Sequence record: ON287376.1
Reading direction: 5' to 3' (one strand)
Length of the DNA: 64,000 nucleotides
Shown here: piece after piece, positions 43,296-53,614 of the stretch
How the letters are laid out: each line of letters opens with the position of its first letter
Numbering within the stretch: the stretch's first letter is position 1
Made by a program: the position numbers and the translations under genes
Notes under the pieces: generated by a model
Told to the model about the DNA's origin: nothing
The model's database searches: none
What the model saw: the letters and a program-made list of their open reading frames with translations, nothing else

Positions 43296-44648
43296 ATGTC
43301 CTTGTTCGATGAAGATGAAAAAGCTTCCAGTATCAATCCCCCGCAGGTGCTTCCTAACGAAACGCCCTTTAAGGGGATCTCGATCGATACGCAATACACT
43401 CCGGTATCTACGATGCTCACTGCTATCGAAGGCCGTAGTTGGATTGTCGATTACTTCTCTCAGGTACTTAATGGTGACGATGAGACTTCTAGTCACCAGA
43501 TGACCCGCTTGGGGATTCACCAGCAATACAACCTGATTCAGAACCTGGAATTGATGGTAACCGATCCGTTACCGGCTAACCCAACTTACGATACGACCAA
43601 TAACGAGTTTACTGGCCGTGGCGTAGCTAACATGTACCCAGGCGTTCGCCCTAACGTAGGTGACATGTTTACTGCCTCTCTTCTGGATGGCAAGTTAGGG
43701 TTGTTCCAAGTCACTGAGAACATTCAGCAGAGAACCATCTACCGGCAAACGACATTCACGATTGAATACGTATTGAAATCAATACTGTCTCGTCGTGAGT
43801 TCGAAGTGATGATGAGTAAGGTTCAACGTACTTACCATTTCCACAAGTCGTTCCTGGATAGCGGGATTAACCCAATCCTAACCGATGAAGCCCATAACGC
43901 CGTAGAGGAGTTTGAGTCGATTCGTAAACGCTTACCTCGCCAGTACATGACGCAGTACTTCAATAAGGAGTACGGTACTCTCCTGGTTCCCGATCAAGGT
44001 CAACGTCCGGTCTACGATCCGTTCTTGACTAAGTTCGTTACTAACCTCTGGTCACGTTTGGAAGTGGGTACGTTTAACGGGATGAACAACCTGAACGTAA
44101 TGGACGGGATTATCCGTGAGTTCAGGACGATCTACGATGCATTGCTCCACAACGACCCGTATTTGATCGATGTAGTAGAAGCGAAGATCCCTATCGTCGA
44201 TACATCAACGTTCTTCCGTAACCCGTATTACGGCCCGGCCTGGTATGTAGGTATTCCTTTTGTCTTCTATCCGAAGAGCAATCCGGATGACTACATGTAC
44301 AGCATGAGTGAAGCAGTACCGAAAGCCAAGGTATTGCAGCCAGGTAAAATTCCTGAACGTAACGGCCCTCCGCGTGACCCTGATGCGAAGCCTTCTATTG
44401 AGAATGGCATCAAGTTAGTTAACGCTGACGAGTACTACGTATTCAGTGCTGACTTCTACAGCAAGTCAGAAAGTCAATCGGCATTAGAAACGCTGGTATG
44501 GCAAACTCTGGATAACGGATCTATTGATGCTAAGACATTAATCGGTCTGTTCAAAGACTCCAGGGATTGGTCTAATCTGGAAAGGTTCTATTACCTACCG
44601 ATCATGTTTGCAATCATACCGGCCGCATTACGAGGTCTTCCATCATGA
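43296..44648 (+). CDS. Virion neck protein (phiKZ gp99-like)
   Basis: AAGGAG RBS; MYPGVRPNVGDMF...GLFQV head-closure-like beta pattern; synteny. Confidence 0.6.
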   Translation: MSLFDEDEKASSINPPQVLPNETPFKGISIDTQYTPVSTMLTAIEGRSWIVDYFSQVLNGDDETSSHQMTRLGIHQQYNLIQNLELMVTDPLPANPTYDTTNNEFTGRGVANMYPGVRPNVGDMFTASLLDGKLGLFQVTENIQQRTIYRQTTFTIEYVLKSILSRREFEVMMSKVQRTYHFHKSFLDSGINPILTDEAHNAVEEFESIRKRLPRQYMTQYFNKEYGTLLVPDQGQRPVYDPFLTKFVTNLWSRLEVGTFNGMNNLNVMDGIIREFRTIYDALLHNDPYLIDVVEAKIPIVDTSTFFRNPYYGPAWYVGIPFVFYPKSNPDDYMYSMSEAVPKAKVLQPGKIPERNGPPRDPDAKPSIENGIKLVNADEYYVFSADFYSKSESQSALETLVWQTLDNGSIDAKTLIGLFKDSRDWSNLERFYYLPIMFAIIPAALRGLPS

Positions 44649-45214
44649 CGAAATCTGCAGGCGAACTTATCTTCAGCAAATACTTCAACGTAGAGATGTA
44701 CGAATACGATGCAGTAGATGAAACGATGATAGGTCGGCGCGGTAGTTTCACGACAGGTTCCCCTTACCTGGATCAGATGGCATCTAAACGCCGTACTCGC
44801 GTATGGCGTACCATCAACCAGCTTCTGGATCTTTATCAGGCAGGTTCTGAGTTCACTATGGTCGATGGCATGAAAGCTATCACCCAGATGCACGAGATCA
44901 TCCAGGAGCACATCCACGACGTTGAGATGTACATGAAGTCCATGGCAAGTAGCATGTACTCAGAAGACCCCGAGGTTACTCAGGAGCGCCTGCGTGACCT
45001 CCAGTCATTGGACGAACTGGGTCGGCACATCTACAACAAAGTTCGTACCTCTAAGATGCCTGAGGTTCATAGCGTCTTCCGCGGTTACATTGACTTTAGC
45101 CCAACGTTGATCAAGCCGGCCTCGTCGATTGAGATTAAACGCGCAGCTGACTACATCCCTGTTACTGAGCGTATCAAGTACGCTCCTGTACGTAAAAGGA
45201 ACTTCTATAAATGA
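44645..45214 (+). CDS. Conserved hypothetical protein (phiKZ gp100-like by synteny)
   Basis: ATGA overlap with upstream stop. Confidence 0.6.
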   Translation: MTKSAGELIFSKYFNVEMYEYDAVDETMIGRRGSFTTGSPYLDQMASKRRTRVWRTINQLLDLYQAGSEFTMVDGMKAITQMHEIIQEHIHDVEMYMKSMASSMYSEDPEVTQERLRDLQSLDELGRHIYNKVRTSKMPEVHSVFRGYIDFSPTLIKPASSIEIKRAADYIPVTERIKYAPVRKRNFYK

Positions 45215-46545
45215 ACTCCGCCCTGTTGAGAAAACAGGCAATGGAAATAACCGGGTCGGGGAGCTATCCCCGATTCCGATTCCGTCTTATTTTCACATTG
45301 CCTAGACGTAAGTTGGAAGTAACTCGGGTTATTGAAAAGTACACAGAAGCAGATTACGTATCTAGCTTTACCCACGATACGGAAATGCGTATTGCGGTTA
45401 TCACATCGGATTACAATCTGTTGTACGCTAACCGTGACAACCTGAATGCAGTGCTCATTCAGGAACAAGTAGACCCGGTTTCCAGCACACCGATCACCTC
45501 TGGCCTTCGTTACAATACGCAGTTTAAAGTTATCCTTAAAGATAACACTGTGGCTCAGATGTCTTCTGACTCATCGTTAACGACTGCACCGTATTCTGAC
45601 GGTAAAGATGAACTGAGGATGGTAAGGATTCAATTAGTGGATCCCATCGCCGTCTCAATGAATACAAAGTACGCCCAGGGCATTTTCCGTTATGCTAAAC
45701 CATCGGACGTACTTAAAGGGATGATCCTCTCCCAAACTAAGATCGACTCAGATCAAGGATTACCGCCGTTATTATCGCTAGACATGGTTGATCCAGAGAA
45801 CGACGGTCAAAGCGATATCGTTGGTGATGTTATCATCGAGAACGGAACTCGTATGGTAGGGTTGGCTGCATTTATCCAGGATCAGATCACGGGTATCTAC
45901 AACCACGGTATTGGGTCATTCATCCAGAACCAACGTTGGTACATCTACCCGATCTTTAACACGAGACGGTACACGAAGACTACCCGACGTTTGACTATCA
46001 TTCAGAGTACTTCTCTAATGATCCCTGCGTCAGATCGTTCGTTTAAAATGGTAGGGAATGACATTACGGTAGTTTGTGCTGGTGCAGTTAAGATGCAGGA
46101 CTTGTCCGTATCAAACAGCATAAACGGTGAAACCGCCATGCACTTCACTCGTGCAAGCGGCTTCTTGGATAACCCTACTATTAACGACAACAACCAGTCC
46201 GTCTACAACCGTCAAGAGATCAGTGCCGACATTACCGCTGAACCTCGTAAGGATAAACGGACAATGGCTAACGTTAAAGGCGTGACCGATAACTTGGCTA
46301 GAGTCCAATCTGAACTTGCCTCTAAACGAGGTATGGTTATGGTAACGACTTGGCAACGTTCCGATATCCGGTTACTTACCCCTGGGATGCCCGTAAGAGT
46401 TTATTACGACAACGGCGGTAATGTGACCGCGTTAGAAGGTGTACTCATCCAAGCTAACGAACAATGGACTGGGGAACAACCTGGACTGCTGGCCAATACG
46501 ATGAAAAGTGCCGCTGCACTATTCCTCTACCTCGAGAAGGTTTGA
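45211..46545 (+). CDS. Baseplate hub protein (phiKZ gp101-like)
   Basis: C-terminal LLTPGMPVRVYY...LEGVLI hub-like beta barrel; synteny. Confidence 0.55.
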   Translation: MNSALLRKQAMEITGSGSYPRFRFRLIFTLPRRKLEVTRVIEKYTEADYVSSFTHDTEMRIAVITSDYNLLYANRDNLNAVLIQEQVDPVSSTPITSGLRYNTQFKVILKDNTVAQMSSDSSLTTAPYSDGKDELRMVRIQLVDPIAVSMNTKYAQGIFRYAKPSDVLKGMILSQTKIDSDQGLPPLLSLDMVDPENDGQSDIVGDVIIENGTRMVGLAAFIQDQITGIYNHGIGSFIQNQRWYIYPIFNTRRYTKTTRRLTIIQSTSLMIPASDRSFKMVGNDITVVCAGAVKMQDLSVSNSINGETAMHFTRASGFLDNPTINDNNQSVYNRQEISADITAEPRKDKRTMANVKGVTDNLARVQSELASKRGMVMVTTWQRSDIRLLTPGMPVRVYYDNGGNVTALEGVLIQANEQWTGEQPGLLANTMKSAAALFLYLEKV

Positions 46546-46557
46546 GATATATATCAC
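46544..46557 (+). promoter_or_regulatory. Variant early promoter motif
   Basis: GAGATATATATCAC resembling CACGTATATATTAC, upstream of the GNAT. Confidence 0.35.
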
Positions 46558-46596
46558 TCCTTTGAATATTAACTTTAGCAAATCAGTTTAACGAAT

Positions 46597-47151
46597 ATGT
46601 ATACTTTGCGTCTTTTCGATAGTTCCGTCAACGAAGTGGAAATGTTAGAATTAATCACTTCTCACAAAACGTCACTCGATCGTTTGATTGGCACCCTGAA
46701 CAAGTACCACGAAAAGTTGAACGGTATTGTAGTCGACTCAGAATCATTCTACGACCACATGTCCGAGCTTAGTTCTACCACAGGTTCTTACCTTTTAGCA
46801 GTAGTTTTGTACAAGGAAATCCCAGTTGCTTTCTGCACGGCCTTGTACGAGAACGGAGAGCTCCTTATAGAGCGTTTGTTCGTCGATGAGGATCATCGCC
46901 TAGGTGAGATAGGAAAAACGCTCTACGAGGCTTTGGTGGCGCTTTCTGAACCAACGTACATTAAGGCCTTCTGCGTTAACGGGAATAATAAAGGTGCTGC
47001 CTTCTTTGAATCCATCGGTTTCGTTATGAGTCCGACAGAAAGCTCTCGTCGCTGCAAGGTATTCGAGAAGAAACCTCAACAAGAGGATTTTATCCTAAAT
47101 GAAATTCCCCGAGAACAAAGCCAACGTCAAGAAAGTAACCGACTTAATTAG
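46597..47151 (+). CDS. GNAT family acetyltransferase
   Basis: IERLFVDEDHRLGEIGKTL motif A; NNKGAAFFESIGF motif B. Confidence 0.8.
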   Translation: MYTLRLFDSSVNEVEMLELITSHKTSLDRLIGTLNKYHEKLNGIVVDSESFYDHMSELSSTTGSYLLAVVLYKEIPVAFCTALYENGELLIERLFVDEDHRLGEIGKTLYEALVALSEPTYIKAFCVNGNNKGAAFFESIGFVMSPTESSRRCKVFEKKPQQEDFILNEIPREQSQRQESNRLN

Positions 47152-47938
47152 TGCTTCCCTTGCGCGTGCAAAGTCCCAACTCCAACCAGGTCGTGTTGAA
47201 GTCATCAGTGAAGTTACTCCCTTCGAACGCGATCCCTGGAAGCTGATTAGTTCACGCTTCGTTGGATTCGAATTACCCGATGGCTATATCGTGCCACGGA
47301 TGGTTCAAGGGACTAAGACTTATCAACCCGATCCCGATCGTATCTCAATGGCTCGAGAGGGTCTTAAGGAAATGAAACTGGCCTTGTTAGGTTTAGGTAT
47401 TCAGTTCCATGAGAACGATTCGGAAACCAACCACGAAGTATTCTGGGAAAACGTTTATACTTGGACAAGTGAAATTGTCTGGGTAGATAAAGTCGTACCT
47501 GAAGACATCGTTTGTAAAGTCCTGTTCGACAAAGCTCCTCCTGTTATCGCTAACCGCATCTCAGGAACCGCTATCGGCGACGTAAGTAAATTATTACGCG
47601 GGATGGTATTTTATGACAAAGCTACATTAGTTGCAAAGTTCCCAGATTATCTCGAGTTGCCTACGAACATGTTTATGGTCGATGGGTTAAAGGTTTCAGT
47701 ATTCCGTACGGGCAATGGTTACGCAAACGGCACAACGCCTGTTGCGATTAATAACTTAGCTGCAGCGGAATCCGTGTCGCGTTCTGTAGTTGGATATTTA
47801 AACCTCCAGCTTACGGAAACAGAACGTGGCACTTACCTACAACAGAGTTGGTTTGCGAGAATTTCCGCCTTGGCGCAATCGTCGGTGTTCGGGAATCTCT
47901 ACTGGAGCTATGTACTACGTGGCCTTGGTAAACAGTAA
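47099..47938 (+). CDS. Hypothetical protein (279 aa)
   Basis: GAGGA upstream; overlaps the GNAT 3' end by 53 nt; followed by a hairpin/T-tract. Confidence 0.7.
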   Translation: MKFPENKANVKKVTDLISASLARAKSQLQPGRVEVISEVTPFERDPWKLISSRFVGFELPDGYIVPRMVQGTKTYQPDPDRISMAREGLKEMKLALLGLGIQFHENDSETNHEVFWENVYTWTSEIVWVDKVVPEDIVCKVLFDKAPPVIANRISGTAIGDVSKLLRGMVFYDKATLVAKFPDYLELPTNMFMVDGLKVSVFRTGNGYANGTTPVAINNLAAAESVSRSVVGYLNLQLTETERGTYLQQSWFARISALAQSSVFGNLYWSYVLRGLGKQ

Positions 47939-48004
47939 GACTTAAGATTTTGGAGGAGGGGTAAAACCTTCCTCCACCTTTTTTACTGAGCGAGTATGTA
48001 AAAA

Positions 48005-48187
48005 ATGAGCACTCAATCGAACGGCGTAATTCTTTCTTTCCATGTGGATGCTTCCGGTGAAACAGAACTGGCTCCGCGTGCGTACCAAGAATCTATCCTC
48101 CATTACCGTTTTAACATGGAATGGGATACGATCAACAAAATGTCCGACCAAGAAGTCGAGGCAATGTTCCTGAAGTTAACCGACTAA
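48005..48187 (+). CDS. Small hypothetical protein (60 aa)
   Basis: Preceded by GTATGT; followed by hairpin GCAGGGG-TTAATT-CCCCTGC. Confidence 0.55.
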   Translation: MSTQSNGVILSFHVDASGETELAPRAYQESILHYRFNMEWDTINKMSDQEVEAMFLKLTD

Positions 48188-48244
48188 AGGCAGGGGTTAA
48201 TTCCCCTGCTCTATTTTGCACTTTTATTAATAGAGGAAAGAACC

Positions 48245-48814
48245 ATGTCCAACGTATTCAGCATCAGTGATTTATTGAAGATCCATCAGGAAGAGGTTAT
48301 CGCAGATCCTAAAGTAGTAGAGATGGATCCAATGAAATCAATAGAGGCTCTCCTCGGCAATCTGGAGCGCGTGTGTGATGATATCCATACGTCGGTAAGG
48401 AAGTTTGCAGAAGATAACGTAGGGTCGGTTGTACGGCTTTCCAAGCGTGCTGGTACAGAAGACTACATTCGCAAGCAGTTAGTTCATCTGCAGATCCTTT
48501 CAATGAACAAGGCTAAGAAGCTCTCTACGCGTCAACTGGCCGACTTCATTAAGAAGGCTTACTGGCGTATTGAACAAGCAGAACGTCGCATTGTACGTAA
48601 CCTGGATAAGATTGGTCAGGAATACGGATATGACGAACGCCAGGCTGCTGAAGAAAAAGCTTTGGCTGAAGTTGACCAAGGTAAAGTTGTCAATCTCCCC
48701 ATCGCCCAAGATACTAAGTTCAACATGAATACCTTATCTCCTTACGATCGCATTTATCGTAACAGCGTAGATAATCCTCAGAACGGCGAAGCTGGAAGAG
48801 ACTTCGGCGACTAA
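48245..48814 (+). CDS. Hypothetical protein (189 aa)
   Basis: GAGGA RBS; helical. Confidence 0.75.
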   Translation: MSNVFSISDLLKIHQEEVIADPKVVEMDPMKSIEALLGNLERVCDDIHTSVRKFAEDNVGSVVRLSKRAGTEDYIRKQLVHLQILSMNKAKKLSTRQLADFIKKAYWRIEQAERRIVRNLDKIGQEYGYDERQAAEEKALAEVDQGKVVNLPIAQDTKFNMNTLSPYDRIYRNSVDNPQNGEAGRDFGD

Positions 48815-48816
48815 CC

Positions 48817-48860
48817 AACATAGCTCCCTCCTCTACCTTCACGGGTAGAGGAGGGCTGTG
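48817..48860. terminator. Bidirectional terminator
   Basis: AACATAGCT-CCCTCCTCTACC-TTCACG-GGTAGAGGAGGG-CTGTG. Confidence 0.8.
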
Positions 48861-48882
48861 ACCGCAGTCACTCTTTTATTTT

Positions 48883-50442
48883 TTAGTGTGGTTGGAAGTC
48901 ATTGATATCTTCGAATGATTGGTGCCAACCTGCGCCGCCGCCCTCACTGGCAGTTTGTGCTCCAGGTTTCTTCATGGAGAGATCTTCCCCATCGATATCA
49001 TCAGGAATACCGATTTCAGTAAAGCGATAAGTACAACGTTGATGCTCTAACGGAGTGTTATCCACACCACGGTGTTTACCACGACCAATGTTGAGGTAAG
49101 CTACACCGTCAACGATTTGTTTCTGAATGTTGATCTCCATGTCAACTTCTTGCGCGATCGTCTTACATTCGTTGTAGTACGCTCGGTTAAGAATTTCATT
49201 CAGGAACTGGTTAGGTCGATCACGTTCAATCGCAAGTGCTTCGGTAGACAACTGGTGAGGGGTAATGAACAGAACGTTGTGCAGTACCATGAAGTTACGA
49301 GTACGCTTGAACAACGCTTGTTTATCACGACCGGTAATCCCGCCGTTATCGAAACCCTTAGTTGACATCATCGCCAGGTAGTCGAACGTACAGACAATAA
49401 TCTCGTAGTTGTCTGCTTCCAAACCCAACACCAAAGATTGCAGTGAATCGAAAGTGAACTCATCTGGGTTAATACGGAACATCAAGAAGTGCCAGCCGTT
49501 CTCAGCAAACTTGTCGTGCATATACTGAGCAGCTTCATTCGGATCAATATCCTTCAAAGCGATCGGACGACCAATGGTCGGTTCGATACATTGCTTGTAC
49601 ATGGTACGGATGTTGATCGGAAGGTCGTTCTCAGAAGAGATGAGTACGATAGCCGGTTTCTTATCCGGGTTCTGCAACTTAGGCTTGTTGTATAAAGCAG
49701 CCCCTTTGGTCATCATCATTGTCAGACCAGATTTAAAGTGGTGCTGTAAACCACCTACCAGGATTGCTTCACCACGACGACCACCACCTTGTTCACCGAA
49801 CATTCGGTTAAGGCCTTGTAGACCGAACTTGATGATCTCTTCTTTAGATACCTGCTTCTTAGCTTTCTCAAACATGGCACGTACTGAGTCCACGTTTGTA
49901 AAGTCAACGAAGTCCATTACACCCGGAGCGTTCTGTGGAGAGTCATTCTTCTCCATGGCGTAATGTTCAAACTGGTTAACCATCGAACGAGCAATTTCGT
50001 TTAGTTCGAAGTCACCTTCTCCGTAGAGAATCTTTTTGGTGTAATCTGCCAGCTTGAGTTTAAACTCTGACTTACGAGAAAACTCGTTCAAGTCCATGAT
50101 CAATGTACGGCAATGACGTTTGATCGCCTCTTCATCCATCTTGGCGTTCAGACCTTGCTCTATCATGTCTATGATAGAAGGTTCTTCGCTAGCCAGGATA
50201 CGGACGTTCTGAGAGATCAACTCTTTGCTCTGAGCCAAAGAAGGGTTAGCTGACATTTTTAGAATCAAGGTCTTCAGTGAGTTGAAGATCTCGATGGTTT
50301 GTTCTGTGTCAGATAAACCTTTCTCTACCTTAACATCTTTGAGGACACGCTTTACTAAACTCTTACTATCGCTACCCGCCTTAGCTTGGGTTTCCCAGTA
50401 CAACAACATCAGAGCATTTACAATAAGCAGTCGGTAGTTCAT
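48883..50442 (-). CDS. dnaB: DnaB-like replicative helicase (phiKZ gp118-like)
   Basis: GAGG RBS before ATG 50442; variant Walker A GGLQHHFKS; TFDYL Walker B; ITPHQL motif; IGRGKHRG arginine finger. Confidence 0.85.
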   Translation of the reverse strand: MNYRLLIVNALMLLYWETQAKAGSDSKSLVKRVLKDVKVEKGLSDTEQTIEIFNSLKTLILKMSANPSLAQSKELISQNVRILASEEPSIIDMIEQGLNAKMDEEAIKRHCRTLIMDLNEFSRKSEFKLKLADYTKKILYGEGDFELNEIARSMVNQFEHYAMEKNDSPQNAPGVMDFVDFTNVDSVRAMFEKAKKQVSKEEIIKFGLQGLNRMFGEQGGGRRGEAILVGGLQHHFKSGLTMMMTKGAALYNKPKLQNPDKKPAIVLISSENDLPINIRTMYKQCIEPTIGRPIALKDIDPNEAAQYMHDKFAENGWHFLMFRINPDEFTFDSLQSLVLGLEADNYEIIVCTFDYLAMMSTKGFDNGGITGRDKQALFKRTRNFMVLHNVLFITPHQLSTEALAIERDRPNQFLNEILNRAYYNECKTIAQEVDMEINIQKQIVDGVAYLNIGRGKHRGVDNTPLEHQRCTYRFTEIGIPDDIDGEDLSMKKPGAQTASEGGGAGWHQSFEDINDFQPH

Positions 50443-50496
50443 TCTGTCCTCTATAGTCTTACTATGTGCACGCATCCATTACCATCGGAGGAATTT

Positions 50497-51063
50497 ATGC
50501 GTATCGATTCTGTGAGTCGGCTGCGAGTAGGTATTGTACCTTCGTGGCTCGCGGAAATAGTTTCCATGACACCAGACCTGGAGTTTTCCGATCTGTTGGT
50601 GTTCCATGAATTAGCTGACACTAAAAGTTCTATATTATCAAAAGACGAAGTATTAATTTATGCGTTGACGCAACGCTATCTCAATACATTTGCCGAAGAT
50701 GTTTTTTCTGACACCATTGCACTCAGTAATACTATGGAAAACAGTGCGTTCATTAATGATCACGCTGCCCGTATGTTGGCGTTGGAAAAAGAGACGCTGC
50801 TGAAAGATCAAATGGCGCAGGGTAAAGATCAACTGGGTATCTCCGGTAACCAAGATCTTATCCTGGGCAAAGAGTTCTACGTCCCGCTGATGCAGGGAAC
50901 CGAGACTTTACTTCTTATAGGGAGTAAATCCGCCGTTTATGAAGATAAACGCGCTTTCCTGAATGCAGTAGTCGAAGCCATTGCCGGATCCGTCTCTTAC
51001 CCAGACTTCCGTCATTACAACTTCTTCAGAGAGTACTTGAAGTACGCGATCACTAAATACTGA
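50497..51063 (+). CDS. Virion protein upstream of MCP (phiKZ gp119-like by synteny)
   Basis: GGAGG RBS before ATG 50497; divergent from dnaB. Confidence 0.6.
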   Translation: MRIDSVSRLRVGIVPSWLAEIVSMTPDLEFSDLLVFHELADTKSSILSKDEVLIYALTQRYLNTFAEDVFSDTIALSNTMENSAFINDHAARMLALEKETLLKDQMAQGKDQLGISGNQDLILGKEFYVPLMQGTETLLLIGSKSAVYEDKRAFLNAVVEAIAGSVSYPDFRHYNFFREYLKYAITKY

Positions 51064-51182
51064 TCCGCACATTCCCAAATAGTATGTAACTGCTATTACA
51101 GCATTGTTATGTAAAAAGTGCATATACTGTGCTGTTAATCAATTCAGTTCCTAAATAACGTTATTTAAAGGAAAGAACCACA

Positions 51183-53477
51183 ATGGCAAGACCATCGAAA
51201 AGCGCACTGCGCGGCAACCTGACCAAAAATCTGGTTGAGAAAATCCACAATGCGGTAATGCGCAACGTAAACAGCCTGGGCGAAGGCTCTGCCGCTGGCG
51301 TGATGTCCGTATCTCTGGAAAGCTACAACGACCTGGGTGTTAACGCTGCTGACGTTGACAGCACCCTGGATAACCTGACCCAGGATCTGGCCGAAGCGCA
51401 AAGCGATGCGGTTGGTGCAGTAAACGCAATCGAGCAAGGTCAGTCTGACGGCGCCATCGTTCATGGCGGCGAGTTCATCGAAGAGAACGGTAACAAAGTA
51501 GCTGTTGAAGCTGCCGCTGTTCTGGCGATGTCCTTCAAAAACCCAGGCGCTTACTACAAGGACGGTTATTCTAACCCGGCCTTCGAAAGCGGCGTTATCG
51601 TCCACAACATGGTTTCCTCCGGTGCCAACGGCGCCATCGCGACTCTGCCGGAAAGCAGCCGTCCGTCGTTCGAATCCTTCGACGAAAAAGAAACCGAAAA
51701 ATGGCGTGAACACAGCTACGCTATCAACATGATGGCCGCTAAACAGCACCCATTCGCTGAACTGTTCTACCGCACTCAGATCATCACTCCTGACCAGGCC
51801 GGCTTCGTAATGTCTATCCGCCGTAACATGGTCTGGGAAACCTACCAGGGTACTGGTCTGAAAGGCGACGCCGTTAAATTCCAAAAACGTAACATCCTGC
51901 AAGGTCTGCTGGACTACACCGTTCTGGAAAGCAACAGCACCGAACTGATCCCGTGCATCCACACCGGCGAGAACGATGACCAGTTCATCGACCCAGCCCT
52001 GGTTGCGCCGCGCAAAGTTGTTCAGTCCAACGAAGAGTTCGAAACCAACTACCTGAAATTCGGTGTTGGCTTCAACCTGCCAATGCTGGCACAGACTCCT
52101 TCCCGTCTGCAGAAAGGTTCTCCAACCTTCTCCGACTCTCTGGACAGCCGTATCGCGCTGAAAGATCTGCTGGTAACCGTTTCCAAAGGCGGCACCAAAG
52201 AAAACGTGAACTTCTTCGTGAACCGCGACCAGTACGCCGCGTACACCGCAACTCGCGAATACAACTTCCGTCAAATGCAGCTGAAATTCCTGTCGACCGT
52301 TTCTGTTAACGCAGAAACCAAAACCGTTGAAGGCGCGGAATCCGCTAACCTGAAAGGTCTGATCGACGCTGGCTACAGCATGGAACTGGCTGTTGGTATC
52401 GACGGCGAAGTAAACGTTGAAACCGGCTCCGGCGAAACCTACGCACGTCCTCTGAAAATCGCTAAGATCTTCGACAAAGACGGCGTTGAAATCGCACTGT
52501 CCGACGCGCGCGTTGCCGCTCTGATCGCTGGCCTGACTTTCGAAGCTGCGGGTTACACCCTGGAAGCTCGTCTGACCAACATCAACCAACTGGAACTGGG
52601 CCTGGCAATCGACTCCGACGTGATGAAACACGGCTTCATGATCCCAACTCTGCCGCCGCTGGTTATCATCAAGCCGGCTCTGCAAGACGAAGAGAAAGTG
52701 TATCCGCGCATCGAAGCGCTGACCACTGCTTACCGTGTGCAGATGCGTAACAACGCAGTAACTACCCTGCTGAACCGCCGCGATACTCTGAAAGCCTACC
52801 TGGGCGTTGGCGTACCGCACCCGATCGAATCTAACCAAGGCCTGGAAGGTGTCGGCCAATACTACGTGCGTCCGTACTACATGGAAGCCGAAGTAGACAT
52901 CCTGAAAGATCTGAACAACCTGACCTCGGCTGCTAAGCAGACTGACATTCAGGGTCTGTTGGTTAGCAAGATCAACGAAATGGTTTACACCGCTGACCAG
53001 CTGACTGGTTACACCGCTGCTCTGGAAGCTGCCTTCCCAGGCCGTACTCCTAAGCCGCACGTAGCTATCGGTACCGACATGCGTCTGCCGCAGTACCTGC
53101 AGATTCCTGGCGACGACCGTACCGTTGGTATTGGTTACGACTACACCATCGCTCGTATCTCCGACCTGCGCATGAAAGATCAGATCATCATGACCTTCGT
53201 GCTGCCGAACGTTGACGAGCCGCACCCGCTGCAGCACGGCGTACTGGGCCTGATTCCGGAATACCTGGTTAACTTCCAGATGATCCGTAACCAGCGCATC
53301 GGTAACGAAATCCGTCTGACTCCGCGCTACCGTTACTTCAACTTCCTGCCGATCATGCTGTCTATCACCGTGAAAAACCTGGAAGAAGCAATTGCGGCGC
53401 GTACCGCTCAGGCTAACGATGTTAAAGTCGTTAACGCCGACGAGTTTGGTAAAGGCGGCGAAGCTCCGAAACCTTGA
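51183..53477 (+). CDS. Major capsid protein (phiKZ gp120-like)
   Basis: 764 aa; extreme optimal codon bias; AAGGA RBS; propeptide with SLE/AFE/SFE sites (PSFE|S at residue 164); HK97-like C-terminus EIRLTPRYRYFNFLPIM; located between DnaB and RNAP beta. Confidence 0.9.
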   Translation: MARPSKSALRGNLTKNLVEKIHNAVMRNVNSLGEGSAAGVMSVSLESYNDLGVNAADVDSTLDNLTQDLAEAQSDAVGAVNAIEQGQSDGAIVHGGEFIEENGNKVAVEAAAVLAMSFKNPGAYYKDGYSNPAFESGVIVHNMVSSGANGAIATLPESSRPSFESFDEKETEKWREHSYAINMMAAKQHPFAELFYRTQIITPDQAGFVMSIRRNMVWETYQGTGLKGDAVKFQKRNILQGLLDYTVLESNSTELIPCIHTGENDDQFIDPALVAPRKVVQSNEEFETNYLKFGVGFNLPMLAQTPSRLQKGSPTFSDSLDSRIALKDLLVTVSKGGTKENVNFFVNRDQYAAYTATREYNFRQMQLKFLSTVSVNAETKTVEGAESANLKGLIDAGYSMELAVGIDGEVNVETGSGETYARPLKIAKIFDKDGVEIALSDARVAALIAGLTFEAAGYTLEARLTNINQLELGLAIDSDVMKHGFMIPTLPPLVIIKPALQDEEKVYPRIEALTTAYRVQMRNNAVTTLLNRRDTLKAYLGVGVPHPIESNQGLEGVGQYYVRPYYMEAEVDILKDLNNLTSAAKQTDIQGLLVSKINEMVYTADQLTGYTAALEAAFPGRTPKPHVAIGTDMRLPQYLQIPGDDRTVGIGYDYTIARISDLRMKDQIIMTFVLPNVDEPHPLQHGVLGLIPEYLVNFQMIRNQRIGNEIRLTPRYRYFNFLPIMLSITVKNLEEAIAARTAQANDVKVVNADEFGKGGEAPKP

Positions 53478-53544
53478 ACTCTCGGAGAGGCGTTTGAGAA
53501 CCCTCTTAGCGGGTTCGATCCTGCCTAGGCCACAAGCCAGTAAT

Positions 53545-53574
53545 CCAGGGACCTTCGGGTCCCTGGTTTATTTT
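53545..53574 (+). terminator. Rho-independent terminator after MCP
   Basis: CCAGGGACC-TTCG-GGTCCCTGG-TTTATTTT. Confidence 0.85.
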
Positions 53575-53600
53575 GCCCTATTTCCATATCGACTTAAGTT

Positions 53601-53614
53601 CATGTATATATTAC
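53601..53614 (+). promoter_or_regulatory. phiKZ-type early promoter motif
   Basis: CATGTATATATTAC (13/14 match to the other two copies), upstream of the nvRNAP operon. Confidence 0.65.

Noticed and set aside
12732-50442. Introns or inteins in beta-prime, DNA polymerase, DnaB or around the GIY-YIG
   Set aside because: Reading frames are continuous at expected sizes; no intein C-terminal HN/C motif or group I core noticed; the endonuclease has its own promoter and terminator
51165-53237. 690-aa antisense ORF opposite the major capsid gene
   Set aside because: Shadow ORF: strongly biased codons (few TTA/CTA/TCA) remove stops on the opposite strand; no RBS or protein-like motifs
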